Shown one piece after another: positions 19,301 to 33,067 of a stretch of DNA of 64,000 nucleotides. The notes beneath the pieces were generated by a model. It had not been told where the DNA came from and ran no database searches. It saw only the letters and a program-made list of their open reading frames with translations. The position numbers were made by a program, and so were the translations under genes. The stretch's first letter is position 1. The number at the start of each line of letters is the position of its first letter. The DNA comes from Microcoleus sp. (GTDB lineage: Bacteria > Cyanobacteriota > Cyanobacteriia > Cyanobacteriales > Microcoleaceae): positions 4,736,001-4,800,000 of the forward strand of contig CP181291.1 of NCBI GenBank assembly GCA_052279835.1, written 5' to 3'.

Positions 19301-20232
19301 CAATTCCCTTTAGCGCTTTACCTATTGATAACGACCAATACCTAGGAGATAGATTTCTCCTACGCTATGCTCCCAGTTGCCAAGTTTTAGAATTTTGTCA
19401 CAAACGCCCTCAAACCAAAGTTCAACTGAGGTACGGAACGGTGGAAGATGCAACTGAAGACCTACCTTGCGTGAGTTTTGAATGTTCTCAACTCGCTCAA
19501 ATATATAGCATTCCTGAAGAACGACGGCTGCGCGGTATCGGTCAAGCAACTGTCAGCAATTATCGGCGCTTGGTAGAGCAAGTTTCCGGTCTTCATTCGA
19601 GCCATCATGCCCAATCTCGCTTTGATAATCCTTTAGAATCCAAGCTATTTTTAGGTGATGGATCGATTACCCTGGGGCAACTCTTAACTCCGGCTTGGAG
19701 GTTCCCCAATTTGCATGATGTTTTCCTTTCTTGCTGTGAAACAAATCTTGGCTTAACTGAAATAACAGATGATGTTCTGACTCTTTCGACTGGATTCTTA
19801 TGTGCTGGTGCGAGAAGTGTTATCGCTACCCTTTGGGCTGTTGACGATTTAGCAACCGCACTATTTTCCATTTTTTACCACCAATACCGACAGCAAGGAA
19901 AAAGTCGCATTGTCTCTCTGCAACAAGCCCAAGATAAGTTGCGATCGCTCAGCGGTCAAGCACTCAGTGAATACCAGCAGCAGCTAATACCATTACTTGA
20001 GAGTAAATTTAGGGCGGCCGAAAAAGCAAAAAAAGCAGCTAAAGAAAGTCGCGATCGCGAAGTCAAAGGAAGTGAAACTTATATCAACTGGTATGACCAA
20101 TACAAGCAACACACAAAGGTAGCAGAACGTCTTCGGAGCACCAAGAACCAATTCAAAGATGCGATCGAGAAACCTCTTCCCTTCTCTCACCCCTCCTACT
20201 GGGCCGCTTTCACCTGTTCCGGCTTGCGGTAA
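16333..20232 (+). CDS. TPR-repeat CHAT (caspase-HetF) protease
   Basis: About a dozen 40-aa WAxTQNNLGNAY..ENLEQAIxCY repeats, ERSRSQRL, His motif LHSSHHA, Cys motif LSCCETNLG, TLWAVDD, HPSYWAAF. Confidence 0.95.
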   Translation: MSAKKIDEQRQQAYFDFLMKLLLVAAKSEGNNKLFYPLFLENIELLNEEFALYLRIKVNEFYKEYEFQQCLTLAAILTLISEAIQKFPQGSKANNLEIAIAGYEAALPILSHHENPIVWAAAQNNLAAAYTARIRGSRAFNIERAIQSYQNTLQVRTRINLPADWARTQMNLGNAYLNRIEGDRADNIEQCIEYYKAALLVFSPEAFPVQWADIQNNLGLAYKERIYGNASDNIEQAIQCYLAALQIFTYEAFPEQWAKASSNLAIAYQERSQGEPADNIERSIAILQSTLQVNTREAFPYKWANTQVNLGAAYFRRIQGKQAHNIELAITCYEASLQVLTKQESPQLWAGIQNNLGAAYSQRIKGEKADYLEQAIHCYKAALEIRTVSALPIDWAQTQDNLGSAYLRRIIGDRADNLEQAIQHYQAVLQVRTHQALPQLWAQTQNNLGNTYLDRIRGDRAENIDRAITCYQAALQVYSRERTPQSWADTQMNLGNAYCNRILGDTATNIERGIQCYQAALSVYTRETHPLNWAKIQQNLGNAYRDRNAGDRAENLEQAIRSCEATLQVYSQELDPYYWANAQVNLGNAYAHRVKGVREENLKAAIDCYHKALQVNTREALPEDWAMTVTNLGAAYEKLGETEKAIAHFNLALEIYTPAAFPRDCLRVGRNLGNIAFITQQWDKAIEANSQAIEAVETSRSWSSSEQRRQEILESSFRVYANTIQACVNNKLLDQAIEYVERSRSQRLVDLIASNDLYQGESIPPEIQTYLQQYETLQQQIDSYRSPQLSKIGLRPKKPGFYERASIYPRDIDAETGFLVPVRKSCKIDQEFKNVKISTRSRAALAAINESIAQLEAQKQQVWEQLRRLDPVLAGEMKVAAPNLAHIQKLIDYQTTAILSFYTTYQNTHIFVIKRDRITCHTCLEQDKGLQAWIFERWLLPYVQHKAEWQNSLQSTLSQLANSLDLKQLIEHHLSGIEELIVVPHLYLHSIPFSALPIDNDQYLGDRFLLRYAPSCQVLEFCHKRPQTKVQLRYGTVEDATEDLPCVSFECSQLAQIYSIPEERRLRGIGQATVSNYRRLVEQVSGLHSSHHAQSRFDNPLESKLFLGDGSITLGQLLTPAWRFPNLHDVFLSCCETNLGLTEITDDVLTLSTGFLCAGARSVIATLWAVDDLATALFSIFYHQYRQQGKSRIVSLQQAQDKLRSLSGQALSEYQQQLIPLLESKFRAAEKAKKAAKESRDREVKGSETYINWYDQYKQHTKVAERLRSTKNQFKDAIEKPLPFSHPSYWAAFTCSGLR
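18708..18809. mobile_element. Palindromic repeat element inserted in-frame in the CHAT gene
   Basis: AGGACT..AAACCCGGTTTCT..AGAAACCGGGTTT..AGTCCT flanked by a TAAGAT duplication; same family at ~20898-21245 and ~23335-23446. Confidence 0.85.
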
Positions 20233-20302
20233 CTCAAACAGGACTTAGATCGGGTTCGGGTAATTGCTTATAAATCCTGTACGGGCATAGGGCTCGCGGG
20301 CC

Positions 20303-20497
20303 TTCATCGTGTCAACAACCAGGTACAACCGATAATCGGGCAGGGGTTGAAACCCCTGCCTCAAAGCTAAAGTCCTCGGTCGAGGACTGATGAGTTTTTC
20401 AGTCCTCGACCGAGGACTTTAGCTATTAGACAGGGAATTCATTCACGCTTAGGACTACCGGGTAGGCGGGCTGACAGCTTAAGTTGACACGAAGAAG
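20303..20497. mobile_element. MITE-like element (GTGTCAAC/GTTGACAC ends)
   Basis: Similar to 7431-7635 in reverse orientation, with AGTCCTC..GAGGACT hairpins. Confidence 0.65.
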
Positions 20498-20665
20498 GGC
20501 ATAGGGCATAAGGCACGATCGTCCTGTTCGTGAAACACCCGGTTTCTGACCACCCCTGCGTCTGGGAAGAAACCCAGTTTTTTACCATTTCGGCGGGCTG
20601 TAACGCACTATTTTGGTGAGAAACCGGCTTTCTCACCAAAAATTTTTTCATTTCCCCCCAAAAAC

Positions 20666-20699
20666 CTGCATAATTTTTCGACTTGGCCCTGGTTAATAG
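20666..20699 (+). promoter_or_regulatory. Copy 1 of a shared 34-bp upstream motif
   Basis: CTGCATAATTTTTCGACTTGGCCCTGGTTAATAG, 31/34 identical to 23872-23905. Confidence 0.65.
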
Positions 20700-20764
20700 A
20701 AAAGCGCAGTTGGCCAACTCGCTTCTCCCAAAATTTCTGACTCACCTTAACGGAGAAACGAGCA

Positions 20765-20881
20765 ATGACAGCATTTTATCAACTCATATCCTATCCCTCG
20801 CTAGGAGAGATTTTTCAGCCTCAAACCAAGAAAGGCGAGGATGAAGATGACGATCCTACTGTTCCACCTAACCTTCGCTAG
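20765..20881 (+). CDS. Putative 38-aa peptide MTAFYQLISYPSLGEIFQPQTKKGEDEDDDPTVPPNLR
   Basis: GGAG RBS upstream of the ATG, downstream of the shared motif, below the ORF-track cutoff. Confidence 0.55.
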   Translation: MTAFYQLISYPSLGEIFQPQTKKGEDEDDDPTVPPNLR

Positions 20882-20897
20882 TCATTTCTAAATCTTA

Positions 20898-21245
20898 GTC
20901 CCAGACGCAGAAACCGGGTTTTTTTACGAACAAAACTTACGCACGCCGATCGAAGAAACCGGGTTTTTTACCGAATCTGTCGGTGGGAACCCAGTATTTT
21001 CGCAAAAACCCGGTTTCTGTAGGGGCGGTGCCCCCGTGCCCGCCCCCGCCCCGTGCGTAAGTCCTAACGAAAATACTGGATTTGAGCCTTTAATCCCGGT
21101 AAAAAACCCGGTTTCTTTGGTCTTGGTGCGTAATACCAATTCGGGTTGGATCGGAATTATTTAACCGCAGAGTACGCAGAGAACACAGAGAATGAAAAGA
21201 GAGAGATGAATAATTCTGATGAAGGGCGGATTTGATCTAAGTCCT
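20898..21245. repeat. Nested cluster of AGAAACCGGGTTT-family repeats, a GTAG-type REP and a small inverted-repeat element
   Basis: Several AAACCGGGTTT/AAACCCGGTTT palindromes and GTAGGGGCGGTGCCCCCGTGCCCGCCC at ~21018. Confidence 0.75.
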
Positions 21246-21256
21246 CAATCAATATT

Positions 21257-23266
21257 TTACTGCGAATTATGGGGATAATTCAAGCGCTGGCGTGCTGTGA
21301 TTTTCCAAACATCTAATTCCGGCAGTCTCCAATGAGCTCCTTGAGGTTTGCGATCGCCACCATCGCACTTCAAAAAACGATCGTAATCAACTAATGCTTC
21401 TTGGATCTTGCCTTGAGCATCTTTCACTTGTGCCAAAATATAATAAGTCGGTGGGTGAAGATGATTGAGTTCGATCGATTTTAAAAGCTGTAACTCAGCA
21501 TCGTTATAGCGATTTTGCAGGAAGTAAGCCCACCCCAGGTTTTTGTGCAAAGCCGCTAGAACCAGATCGTCTTTGACTTTCTCTACAATCGGCAATATCA
21601 GGTTAATTGCTGTCTCCACATTTCCCGATATAATTTCCAAACGTGCTAAATTACTAATAGCTGCATAAGCCCCTCGGTTGTTAAATCCGGCGGCGATTTG
21701 ATAGTGAATTCGTGCCGTAGGTAAATCTTGCAACTGTTCGTAAGTAGCTCCTAAGTTATAGTGAGATGCGGCTAAGTCAGGATTAAATCTGATGGCTTGG
21801 GTTAAGTATGCTTTGGCAGTTTGGAACTCTCCTGATAAATACTTTTTATGACCCAGTTGATTGAGGTATTTGGCAATCAATTGATGAATTATGTGTTTTT
21901 TTATTTCTGGATTCAGGGTAAAAGTATCTGCTCCGGCTTCAATAATTTTCACTAAAAATGCTTGTTTGATGAGCGATTCTAAAACGGGTTGCAAGTCAGA
22001 TATTTCTCCAGCAACGGCTAGATTGGATTTCAAATCATTGTTGCTGACGGGTTTAGTTCTCAAGGCCAAGCAACAGAGCAGGTAAATTTCTGTATCTGAT
22101 AAATCGGCGCTGGATTTTTGTAAATAATTTCGCAAAATTTGCTGTATAACTAAGGTTGTCTGCTGGATAAATTGGGTGATATTCCCTGAAAATAAGTCAG
22201 CAAAGTTAGCGGTGACTGTGTTTAAAAGTAAGGGATTGCCACTATATAATTGGCTCATTTCGGAAAATGACTTGTTTTCGGTACTGCTAGAAAACCTTTT
22301 TGCAGAATAGATTATTTTTTGGGCGCTTTGCTCGTCTAAGCCATTTAGTTGTAATACTTTAATAGGTAAAGTTTGTGCTCCGAGTAAAGTAAGTTCTAGG
22401 GGTTGATGCCAACTGGTGAGTAGCAAGCAACTTTGATGGCGGGATGTTGCTATTCGCTGGAATAAGTCTGCATAATTTTCGTATCCTGGTTGATAGCGAT
22501 CGCCCTGAAGGAGGATGCGATCGAGTTCATCGAATACTAACAAACACCGTGAGGAACGTAGGTATTTGAGCAATAAAGAGATTCTCTTTTCCGTATTCTC
22601 TGGTAAGTGGGTTTCTGGCTGGGGAGACAAGGATTGAATTAAATCGAATAAGATATTTGACAGGGGCGGGCGTTCTTTGAGCGATCGCCAAATGCAATAA
22701 TCAAACTCACCCTGAATTTGTTGTAGTGTGGTGAGGGCCAATGCAGTTTTGCCAATGCCTCCCATTCCCAGTAGTGTAACTAATCGACAACCATCGTTGA
22801 CTATCCATTGCTTTAAAGTGGCAAGTTCAGCACTGCGATCGTAGAAAATAGGGACATCGGGCGCTTCACCCCAATCGATACGGGGGCGTGTTTTCGCCGC
22901 TGTCTGTGAAGGAATAACTTCGCTCAGGGGCGGGGTAGTGTCAGCACTGACGCTAGAGTGTGCCGTGTCATTTTTAACAGAAATCCCATCGCTGGCTGTA
23001 CTATTAGTAAAATTAGCGACTTGCTGTTGATACTGTGAAATCAGGATTTGCTGCAATCGAGCCAGCTTTCCCGGCCCTCGGCCCACAATTTGAAATTTTT
23101 TGTAAACCTCTCCCAGTCTTTTCTGAAGCGCTTCTTTGCTGACTCCTAGTTCTTGTGCGATCGCATCCATCGGTTCACCTTGGATGGCTTTGGAGAGTGC
23201 CTCAAATTCGTTGTCGGAAATACCCAAATTGGTGGCTAGATTTCTTAAAAAGTTTTGGGGAATCAT
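21257..23266 (-). CDS. HTH-NB-ARC(STAND)-TPR protein
   Basis: N-terminal IAQELGVSKEALQKRLGEVYKKF HTH, DWGEAPDV, GMGGIGKT, LLVFDE, GNPL and C-terminal TPRs. Confidence 0.9.
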   Translation of the reverse strand: MIPQNFLRNLATNLGISDNEFEALSKAIQGEPMDAIAQELGVSKEALQKRLGEVYKKFQIVGRGPGKLARLQQILISQYQQQVANFTNSTASDGISVKNDTAHSSVSADTTPPLSEVIPSQTAAKTRPRIDWGEAPDVPIFYDRSAELATLKQWIVNDGCRLVTLLGMGGIGKTALALTTLQQIQGEFDYCIWRSLKERPPLSNILFDLIQSLSPQPETHLPENTEKRISLLLKYLRSSRCLLVFDELDRILLQGDRYQPGYENYADLFQRIATSRHQSCLLLTSWHQPLELTLLGAQTLPIKVLQLNGLDEQSAQKIIYSAKRFSSSTENKSFSEMSQLYSGNPLLLNTVTANFADLFSGNITQFIQQTTLVIQQILRNYLQKSSADLSDTEIYLLCCLALRTKPVSNNDLKSNLAVAGEISDLQPVLESLIKQAFLVKIIEAGADTFTLNPEIKKHIIHQLIAKYLNQLGHKKYLSGEFQTAKAYLTQAIRFNPDLAASHYNLGATYEQLQDLPTARIHYQIAAGFNNRGAYAAISNLARLEIISGNVETAINLILPIVEKVKDDLVLAALHKNLGWAYFLQNRYNDAELQLLKSIELNHLHPPTYYILAQVKDAQGKIQEALVDYDRFLKCDGGDRKPQGAHWRLPELDVWKITARQRLNYPHNSQ

Positions 23267-23871
23267 TGTATTAGATTACTACAAAACATCGTTTTATATA
23301 AGGTTTTGCTGGTAGAGGAGGGGGTGAGCGATCTAGTCTTGGACGCATGGGTAGTCAGAAACCGGGTTTTTTTACGAAAATCCTCCGCTCAAAGCCGACA
23401 GTTCAAGTAAAAAACCCGGTTTCTTTGGTCTGATGCGCCCAGGACTGCGATCGCCCTTGGTGTCCACAACCTCTCCGCCTTGCTCTCTCATTGTATCCGC
23501 CCTATCTCACTTTTCTGAGATAATGACCGGCGATCTATCTTACGACAGGGAGAGCACAATAGCCAGACTCTCGTCAATGACAAAGCTGCTAGCTCACTCC
23601 TGAGTTGGCATCAAAAATGGATATTTGTGGGGCTAAGCCGTGAATTATCAAGCATTTGAGGGTGTGGGACTTCGCTGTATCAGAATGCTGAAGTGGCTAA
23701 GCGACCCATGCCTCTGGGCTAGTTTCTCTTTTTACTGAGGTTTAGCAAACTCATATACTTGACCTTTGCAGAAAAACCTGTTAGGCTAATTCTCAGTTAA
23801 GTGAGCTAGGGGTCGATCGGGGCGGTTGAGGGCCAGATACTCTGGCAGATGGCAAACTTTCCCGTGGGTGT

Positions 23872-23905
23872 CTGCATAATTTTTTGACTTTCCCCTGGTT
23901 AATAG
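23872..23905 (+). promoter_or_regulatory. Copy 2 of the shared 34-bp upstream motif
   Basis: CTGCATAATTTTTTGACTTTCCCCTGGTTAATAG, 71 nt before the ATG at 23977. Confidence 0.65.
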
Positions 23906-23976
23906 TTGGAAGTTCAGAGATGAGGGTTCAAAGCTCAAACATCCAACAAGTCCAGACATAAATATTGAGGTATGAA

Positions 23977-25290
23977 ATGGCGCTAGTTATTCCCTGTATT
24001 AAAGGCAGAATAGGTGACACCGAGTATTACCAAGCAACGATGCTTGCCAGCGACCTTGTACATCGGGTACGTCCTGCAAAAGAACTCGACGAATGGGCGA
24101 CGATGACCGTTGAAGATAGACTGCAACGTGAGCCAGATTATAAGCGAGTTGAGTCAGAAATTGCTCCTTACATTGCTCAGACGAAAGACCGCTTCTTCGG
24201 TTCGATGATTGTTTTGGTTTACAAGGGAAAGATTGACTTTGAAAACATAAATTCTCTCAACTCCAAACTCCCAAATGCTTACAAAACAGTTGTAGAAAAT
24301 ATGGGAGTCCTTACAATTAACGGCGGTTCTTTAATCATGCTCGATGGTCAACACCGCCTATTAGCTCTTGAGAAGGTAATTAAAGCTCAAGTAAATGGGT
24401 CATGTCGTGAGCAAGTGCCAAATGATGAAATCTGTGTCATTTTCATCAATCACGAAAGCAATGAAAAGACCCGGCGTATCTTCAATAAAGTTAACCGCTA
24501 TGCCAAACCAACCAGCAAAGGAGACAATATTATTACCAGTGAAGATGATGGCTATGCTATTATTGCTCGCCGTCTGCTAAGTGTTGGGGCACCTCTGGGA
24601 GTGAGAGATAAGGCGAGTAAAGATTCCATTGATGTGATAGTTGAGTGGAAGCAAAATACGCTTCCTGCTAAAAGCACAAAGCTGACGACTATCAGCGGTG
24701 TCTATGAGACTGTGAAGCTCATCCTCAATAGTAGAGATGTGCAATTTGATATCAAAACTCGCCCTAGCGAAGAAGAACTCGATAGCGCCTACGAATTGGC
24801 TGAGCAGTTTTGGAATACTGTGTTAGAAGGATCGCAGCCTTATCGAGAAGCACTCGCTGACAATAGCCAAATTCCAGAGATGCGTCAGGAAGACCAGCCA
24901 TATTCATTGCTGTTTAGACCGACTGCACAAATCGCTCTATTTCGAGGTCTGACCTTGGCAACAACTAGCGATCGCCTCAGCCTCACTGAAGCTGTGCATC
25001 GAGCCAACAAAATCGACTGGCGGATGACTTCACCTATTTGGACAAACGTGCTGGTACGCCCTGGCGGAGCGTTAGATAAGCAGAAAGAAGCGAACCGTCT
25101 TGCCTCGAAGTTAATTGCATATCTAATCGCTGCGGACAAAATGACTCAGGAAGAGGTAGATGATATCTGGCGCTCTTACAACCTAGCACGAGGGTACGAC
25201 GTTCACAATTCTGAGTTGGGAACGGAGTCAGAGGCTTTACCCAAATCCGTAACAGAAATCATTTACCAAACTGAAAAACTTGCCGCATAA
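23977..25290 (+). CDS. DGQHR-domain (DndB-like) protein
   Basis: LQRE..R, RFFGS, LDGQHRLLAL and IFNKVNRYAK motifs; GAGG RBS. Confidence 0.88.
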   Translation: MALVIPCIKGRIGDTEYYQATMLASDLVHRVRPAKELDEWATMTVEDRLQREPDYKRVESEIAPYIAQTKDRFFGSMIVLVYKGKIDFENINSLNSKLPNAYKTVVENMGVLTINGGSLIMLDGQHRLLALEKVIKAQVNGSCREQVPNDEICVIFINHESNEKTRRIFNKVNRYAKPTSKGDNIITSEDDGYAIIARRLLSVGAPLGVRDKASKDSIDVIVEWKQNTLPAKSTKLTTISGVYETVKLILNSRDVQFDIKTRPSEEELDSAYELAEQFWNTVLEGSQPYREALADNSQIPEMRQEDQPYSLLFRPTAQIALFRGLTLATTSDRLSLTEAVHRANKIDWRMTSPIWTNVLVRPGGALDKQKEANRLASKLIAYLIAADKMTQEEVDDIWRSYNLARGYDVHNSELGTESEALPKSVTEIIYQTEKLAA

Positions 25291-25393
25291 CCAATTAAAA
25301 AATTCTACAACTTCGTCCAATTGAGGTTGAATCGGCAAATCAAAGGTTCATATTTTCAATTTCTCAAAATATAAACTATGGAGGTATCGCAAA

Positions 25394-25732
25394 ATGGATG
25401 AATTTGTTAGAAAAGCTGCGGCACTGGGATTACCCGCAATTATGCTGGTAATTGTGATGGCAACTACAGGTTTAGCAGGTGCGGCTGCAATTACAGCAGC
25501 TTTAGCAACGTTAGGTGGCCCAGCAGGTATGTTAGGCGGAATTGCACTGCTGGGAATCATCGGTTTAGCTACAGAAACATTGTCTAAGTATGGTCTTGAA
25601 GCAGTGCTAATTGGGATTTACAGACAGCGCCTTCAAAACGGAGAATCCAGATCGCGTCTGTGCGGAGAAATTCGCAATTTACCTCTCTCTGGGGAAATGA
25701 AACACAGACTTGACGAAGAGTTTGGCTGTTAA
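25394..25732 (+). CDS. Small Gly/Ala-rich membrane protein
   Basis: GGAGG RBS, GLAGAAAITAALATLGGPAGMLGG hydrophobic hairpin. Confidence 0.8.
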   Translation: MDEFVRKAAALGLPAIMLVIVMATTGLAGAAAITAALATLGGPAGMLGGIALLGIIGLATETLSKYGLEAVLIGIYRQRLQNGESRSRLCGEIRNLPLSGEMKHRLDEEFGC

Positions 25733-25787
25733 TAGATAAGTAAACCAGACTGGGTACCACAATAATTTTCACCAACAGGTAAAAATC

Positions 25788-26396
25788 ATGACAGTTCTTC
25801 ACTGCACTCCGGCCATTAAAACAGTAATTTCTGCCGATAGACAATTTCTTAGCAAACTTAATGCGATCGACTTTGGCCCGATTGTTTTCAAGCTGATGCA
25901 CGCAGAAGATAGCAATCCAATGACGCGCGCCCAAGCAGAGAATGCCATCAAAAAGTACAAAATGTTTTTGTACTTAAACTTTAAATACCCCAATACTCGG
26001 ATCGTGCCAAACAAATTAATCGATCGAGCATGGCACGCTCACTTAATCGACAGCCAACTTTATGACCTTCACTGCTTAATTTTGTTCGAGCGTAAATTCC
26101 ATCACTTTCCCTATTTTGGACTGCGCGGGAAAGAAGATGCTCGAATCTTCCTGTTAGCATCAGGTCGCACCAAAGTATTGTTTGAGGAGCATTTCGGAAT
26201 GGGAATTTTAGAAGGAGACTTTCCCGATCCAAGTCTGTGCTGTGATGGCCGTCATAGCGATATAACCTGCGGAAATAGCACCAACAGTTTATCATTTTCC
26301 GATTTAGCAAAAGCTTACGCTTTACAGGATGAACTGCTAAAAGTTCGTCCGATACCAGAATATTTTGACAATGACGCACTCGCTATCTCTCTATAA
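25788..26396 (+). CDS. Glycine-rich-domain (GRDP/DUF1399)-like protein
   Basis: AIKKYKMFL..VPNKLIDRAWHAHLID..Y..C..F..HHFP signature. Confidence 0.7.
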   Translation: MTVLHCTPAIKTVISADRQFLSKLNAIDFGPIVFKLMHAEDSNPMTRAQAENAIKKYKMFLYLNFKYPNTRIVPNKLIDRAWHAHLIDSQLYDLHCLILFERKFHHFPYFGLRGKEDARIFLLASGRTKVLFEEHFGMGILEGDFPDPSLCCDGRHSDITCGNSTNSLSFSDLAKAYALQDELLKVRPIPEYFDNDALAISL

Positions 26397-26450
26397 ACAC
26401 AAAGTTGGAAAAGTGCGATCGCTCAACTAAACTAGGAGGAACCATTGATT

Positions 26451-26783
26451 ATGTTTATCGGACAAGTCGAACTGCGTAACTCTCACCGAGTCTACTACCA
26501 AGGAGATTCTTACCTAGTAGAGCAAATCAATCCAAAAAAAAAATACTCTGGCGATATTCCTGACAAAGTTGTAGAGTATCTATACAACGAACTCAAGGGT
26601 CGTAAAGTTACACCAAAAGATGCTTCTACCGTTCTCGATCCAGTCGCTAAAAACTGGAATCTTCCCTATACCGATGGTTGGCAACTTGACTACTACGCTC
26701 AGGAAGCATTAGTGGTACTTGTGGCATTAGGTAAAGCAATTCTAACTAAAGAAGGTCGAGCCTACTTCTACACCATTGCCTAA
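26451..26783 (+). CDS. Hypothetical protein
   Basis: AGGAGGA RBS and an ~110-aa ORF. Confidence 0.75.
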   Translation: MFIGQVELRNSHRVYYQGDSYLVEQINPKKKYSGDIPDKVVEYLYNELKGRKVTPKDASTVLDPVAKNWNLPYTDGWQLDYYAQEALVVLVALGKAILTKEGRAYFYTIA

Positions 26784-27129
26784 TTCAATCTGGGACGCAA
26801 AACATAATTATGTAGGGTGCGTAGTGCGCACCTTACCGCATTCAATCCAGGAGGTAAGTGCCAGCAAGATTTAAAACAAATAATCCCCACCAATCTAATA
26901 CTTTTTCCTACAACACTCAAAGACATGAAGTCTAAATCAGTTACGCAAATCACTGGTATTCCCGGTCAATTAGTCGGTGCAGTTCCCGTCCGAACCAGCG
27001 GTACAGGAACTCTTAAAATTGTTGGGGATACCTTACAAGGAAATTTTACTTCATTTTTTGCTTAATCTTCTCAAACAACAAAGCCCCTTTCTAGAAGAGA
27101 GAAAGAGGCATTATGTGTGGTAAATAAAT

Positions 27130-27248
27130 CCCAGGCATCGAGCTATTTTCTCAGGCAGTGACCCGCCAAATATCTTCGCCACCGCAGCGTTTAACAACCG
27201 AGTTCGGGATGGAATCGGAGTGGTGCCACTGCGTCATAGACACCTAGA
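27130..27248 (-). rRNA. rrf: 5S rRNA
   Basis: CGATTCCATCCCGAACTCGGTTGTTAAACG motif on the minus strand. Confidence 0.95.
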
Positions 27249-27311
27249 AAAACTGTGGGGTGTAAAACCCTGAAGACTGCATAGACACAAAGTAATCACC
27301 ATCTAAAATTG

Positions 27312-30213
<2,902 letters not shown>

Positions 30214-30410
30214 AACATCATTTACTGATGGTCTTTGGTGAGCGATGCTGATTTCTCAGTTTTCTCACCTGTTTGATGATTACTTTGTCTCTATGCAGTT
30301 TTCAAGGTTCTTACTAGAGTCGAGACTCCAGCATTCTGACTAGCTTTCGGCTGGTCTAGGTGCTGATTTCTACTTGATCTGTGTTATTTCTGGGCTTTGT
30401 TGAGTGAGAG

Positions 30411-30483
30411 TGGAGGTAAGCGGACTCGAACCGCTGACTTCCTGCGTGCAAGGCAGGCGCTCTACCAACTGAGCTATACCCCC
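30411..30483 (-). tRNA. tRNA-Ala(TGC)
   Basis: GGGGGTATAGCTCAGTTGGTAGAGCGCCTGCCTTGCACG..GGTTCGAGTCC in the ITS. Confidence 0.97.
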
Positions 30484-30570
30484 ACTAAGCTAGTGCGTCA
30501 TTTTTCTGTGCCACATTCAGGACTTTTGGTTCCTTGACTGCACACTGAAAATTCTTCACTTGTTTCCAGG

Positions 30571-30644
<74 letters not shown>

Positions 30645-30761
30645 GTTACCTGAACCCTTTAATAGTTTGAAAGCTTTGACTCTATTATCTCGAACGACCA
30701 GGGATGACTGATTCTAGACCTTGATTGTTTAGGTTCGGTCTGTCTTCAGATGGTCTCCCTA

Positions 30762-32251
<1,490 letters not shown>

Positions 32252-32502
32252 TGTTGAGTTTTTTTCGGCTCGTCAAGTTGTTTTCCGGTTATTTTGGCGA
32301 TTAGGCCTGATTTCCTTCTTTTTTACTTGACTTTTTTCTCGTTGTTTGTGATATTAAGTATCAGCTACTGCTTTTACTCTCTATCTCTAATTTTTTGACG
32401 AGGTTAATAGTGCTTTAAGCTTTCAAACTATTCTTTTTTCTAGGTTCGGTGTTTACCTTCCGGTTGTGGTTCAGTGAACCGCTTCCCTTCCGGCGCTTTA
32501 TT

Positions 32503-32531
32503 AATATACTTATTCCGCAAGATGTTGTCAA
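32503..32531 (-). promoter_or_regulatory. rrn promoter
   Basis: TTGACA-17 nt-TATATT on the minus strand; boxA-like GAACCTAGAAAA downstream at ~32436-32447. Confidence 0.8.
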
Positions 32532-33067
32532 GCGTTTTGTGAAATTATTTTGGAGTTTTTTTTAATCCTATACACCGTATGGTTTTCGGCTCTTAATTCC
32601 AGCTCCGACATCCTCCGGCTGACTCCTTTTTCCCAGAAGGAGTCTTTTTTTGCCTCTGTGGCGGATTTTGGGCTCTGGAGCTACCACCCATAGCTAGAAT
32701 ATTTTTACCTTTAAATGATGGGGATTTCGTAGAGTGGAGGTAAGGCAAAGTTAGAGTGTGAAGCTGCATCGTGGGATTAAGCATGAGACAAGTAGGTTTG
32801 TGAATGAGTCATATATATAAGTTGTGTCTGTACAGATGCTTTTAACCTGGAGACCTTCGACTGTAGTGATGGATGTGGGCGTAGGCCCGATCGCCCGATC
32901 GCCAGTTATCTGATTCAAAATAGAGAAATCCCGCCAACACCGTACTTTAAGCGCTAGAACTCGCAGACATCGATCGCCAGCAACCGCCATCTCTCTAAAT
33001 GAAAAGGGCGAAACACCTTCAGTTACCGCACCGAGGCGCGGTTGATGGGTCGATCGGAGGTTGCCTA

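Noticed and set aside
26817..27065. Small ORF before the rRNA terminator
   Set aside because: Starts in a REP-like palindrome with no recognisable motif; may be a gene fragment
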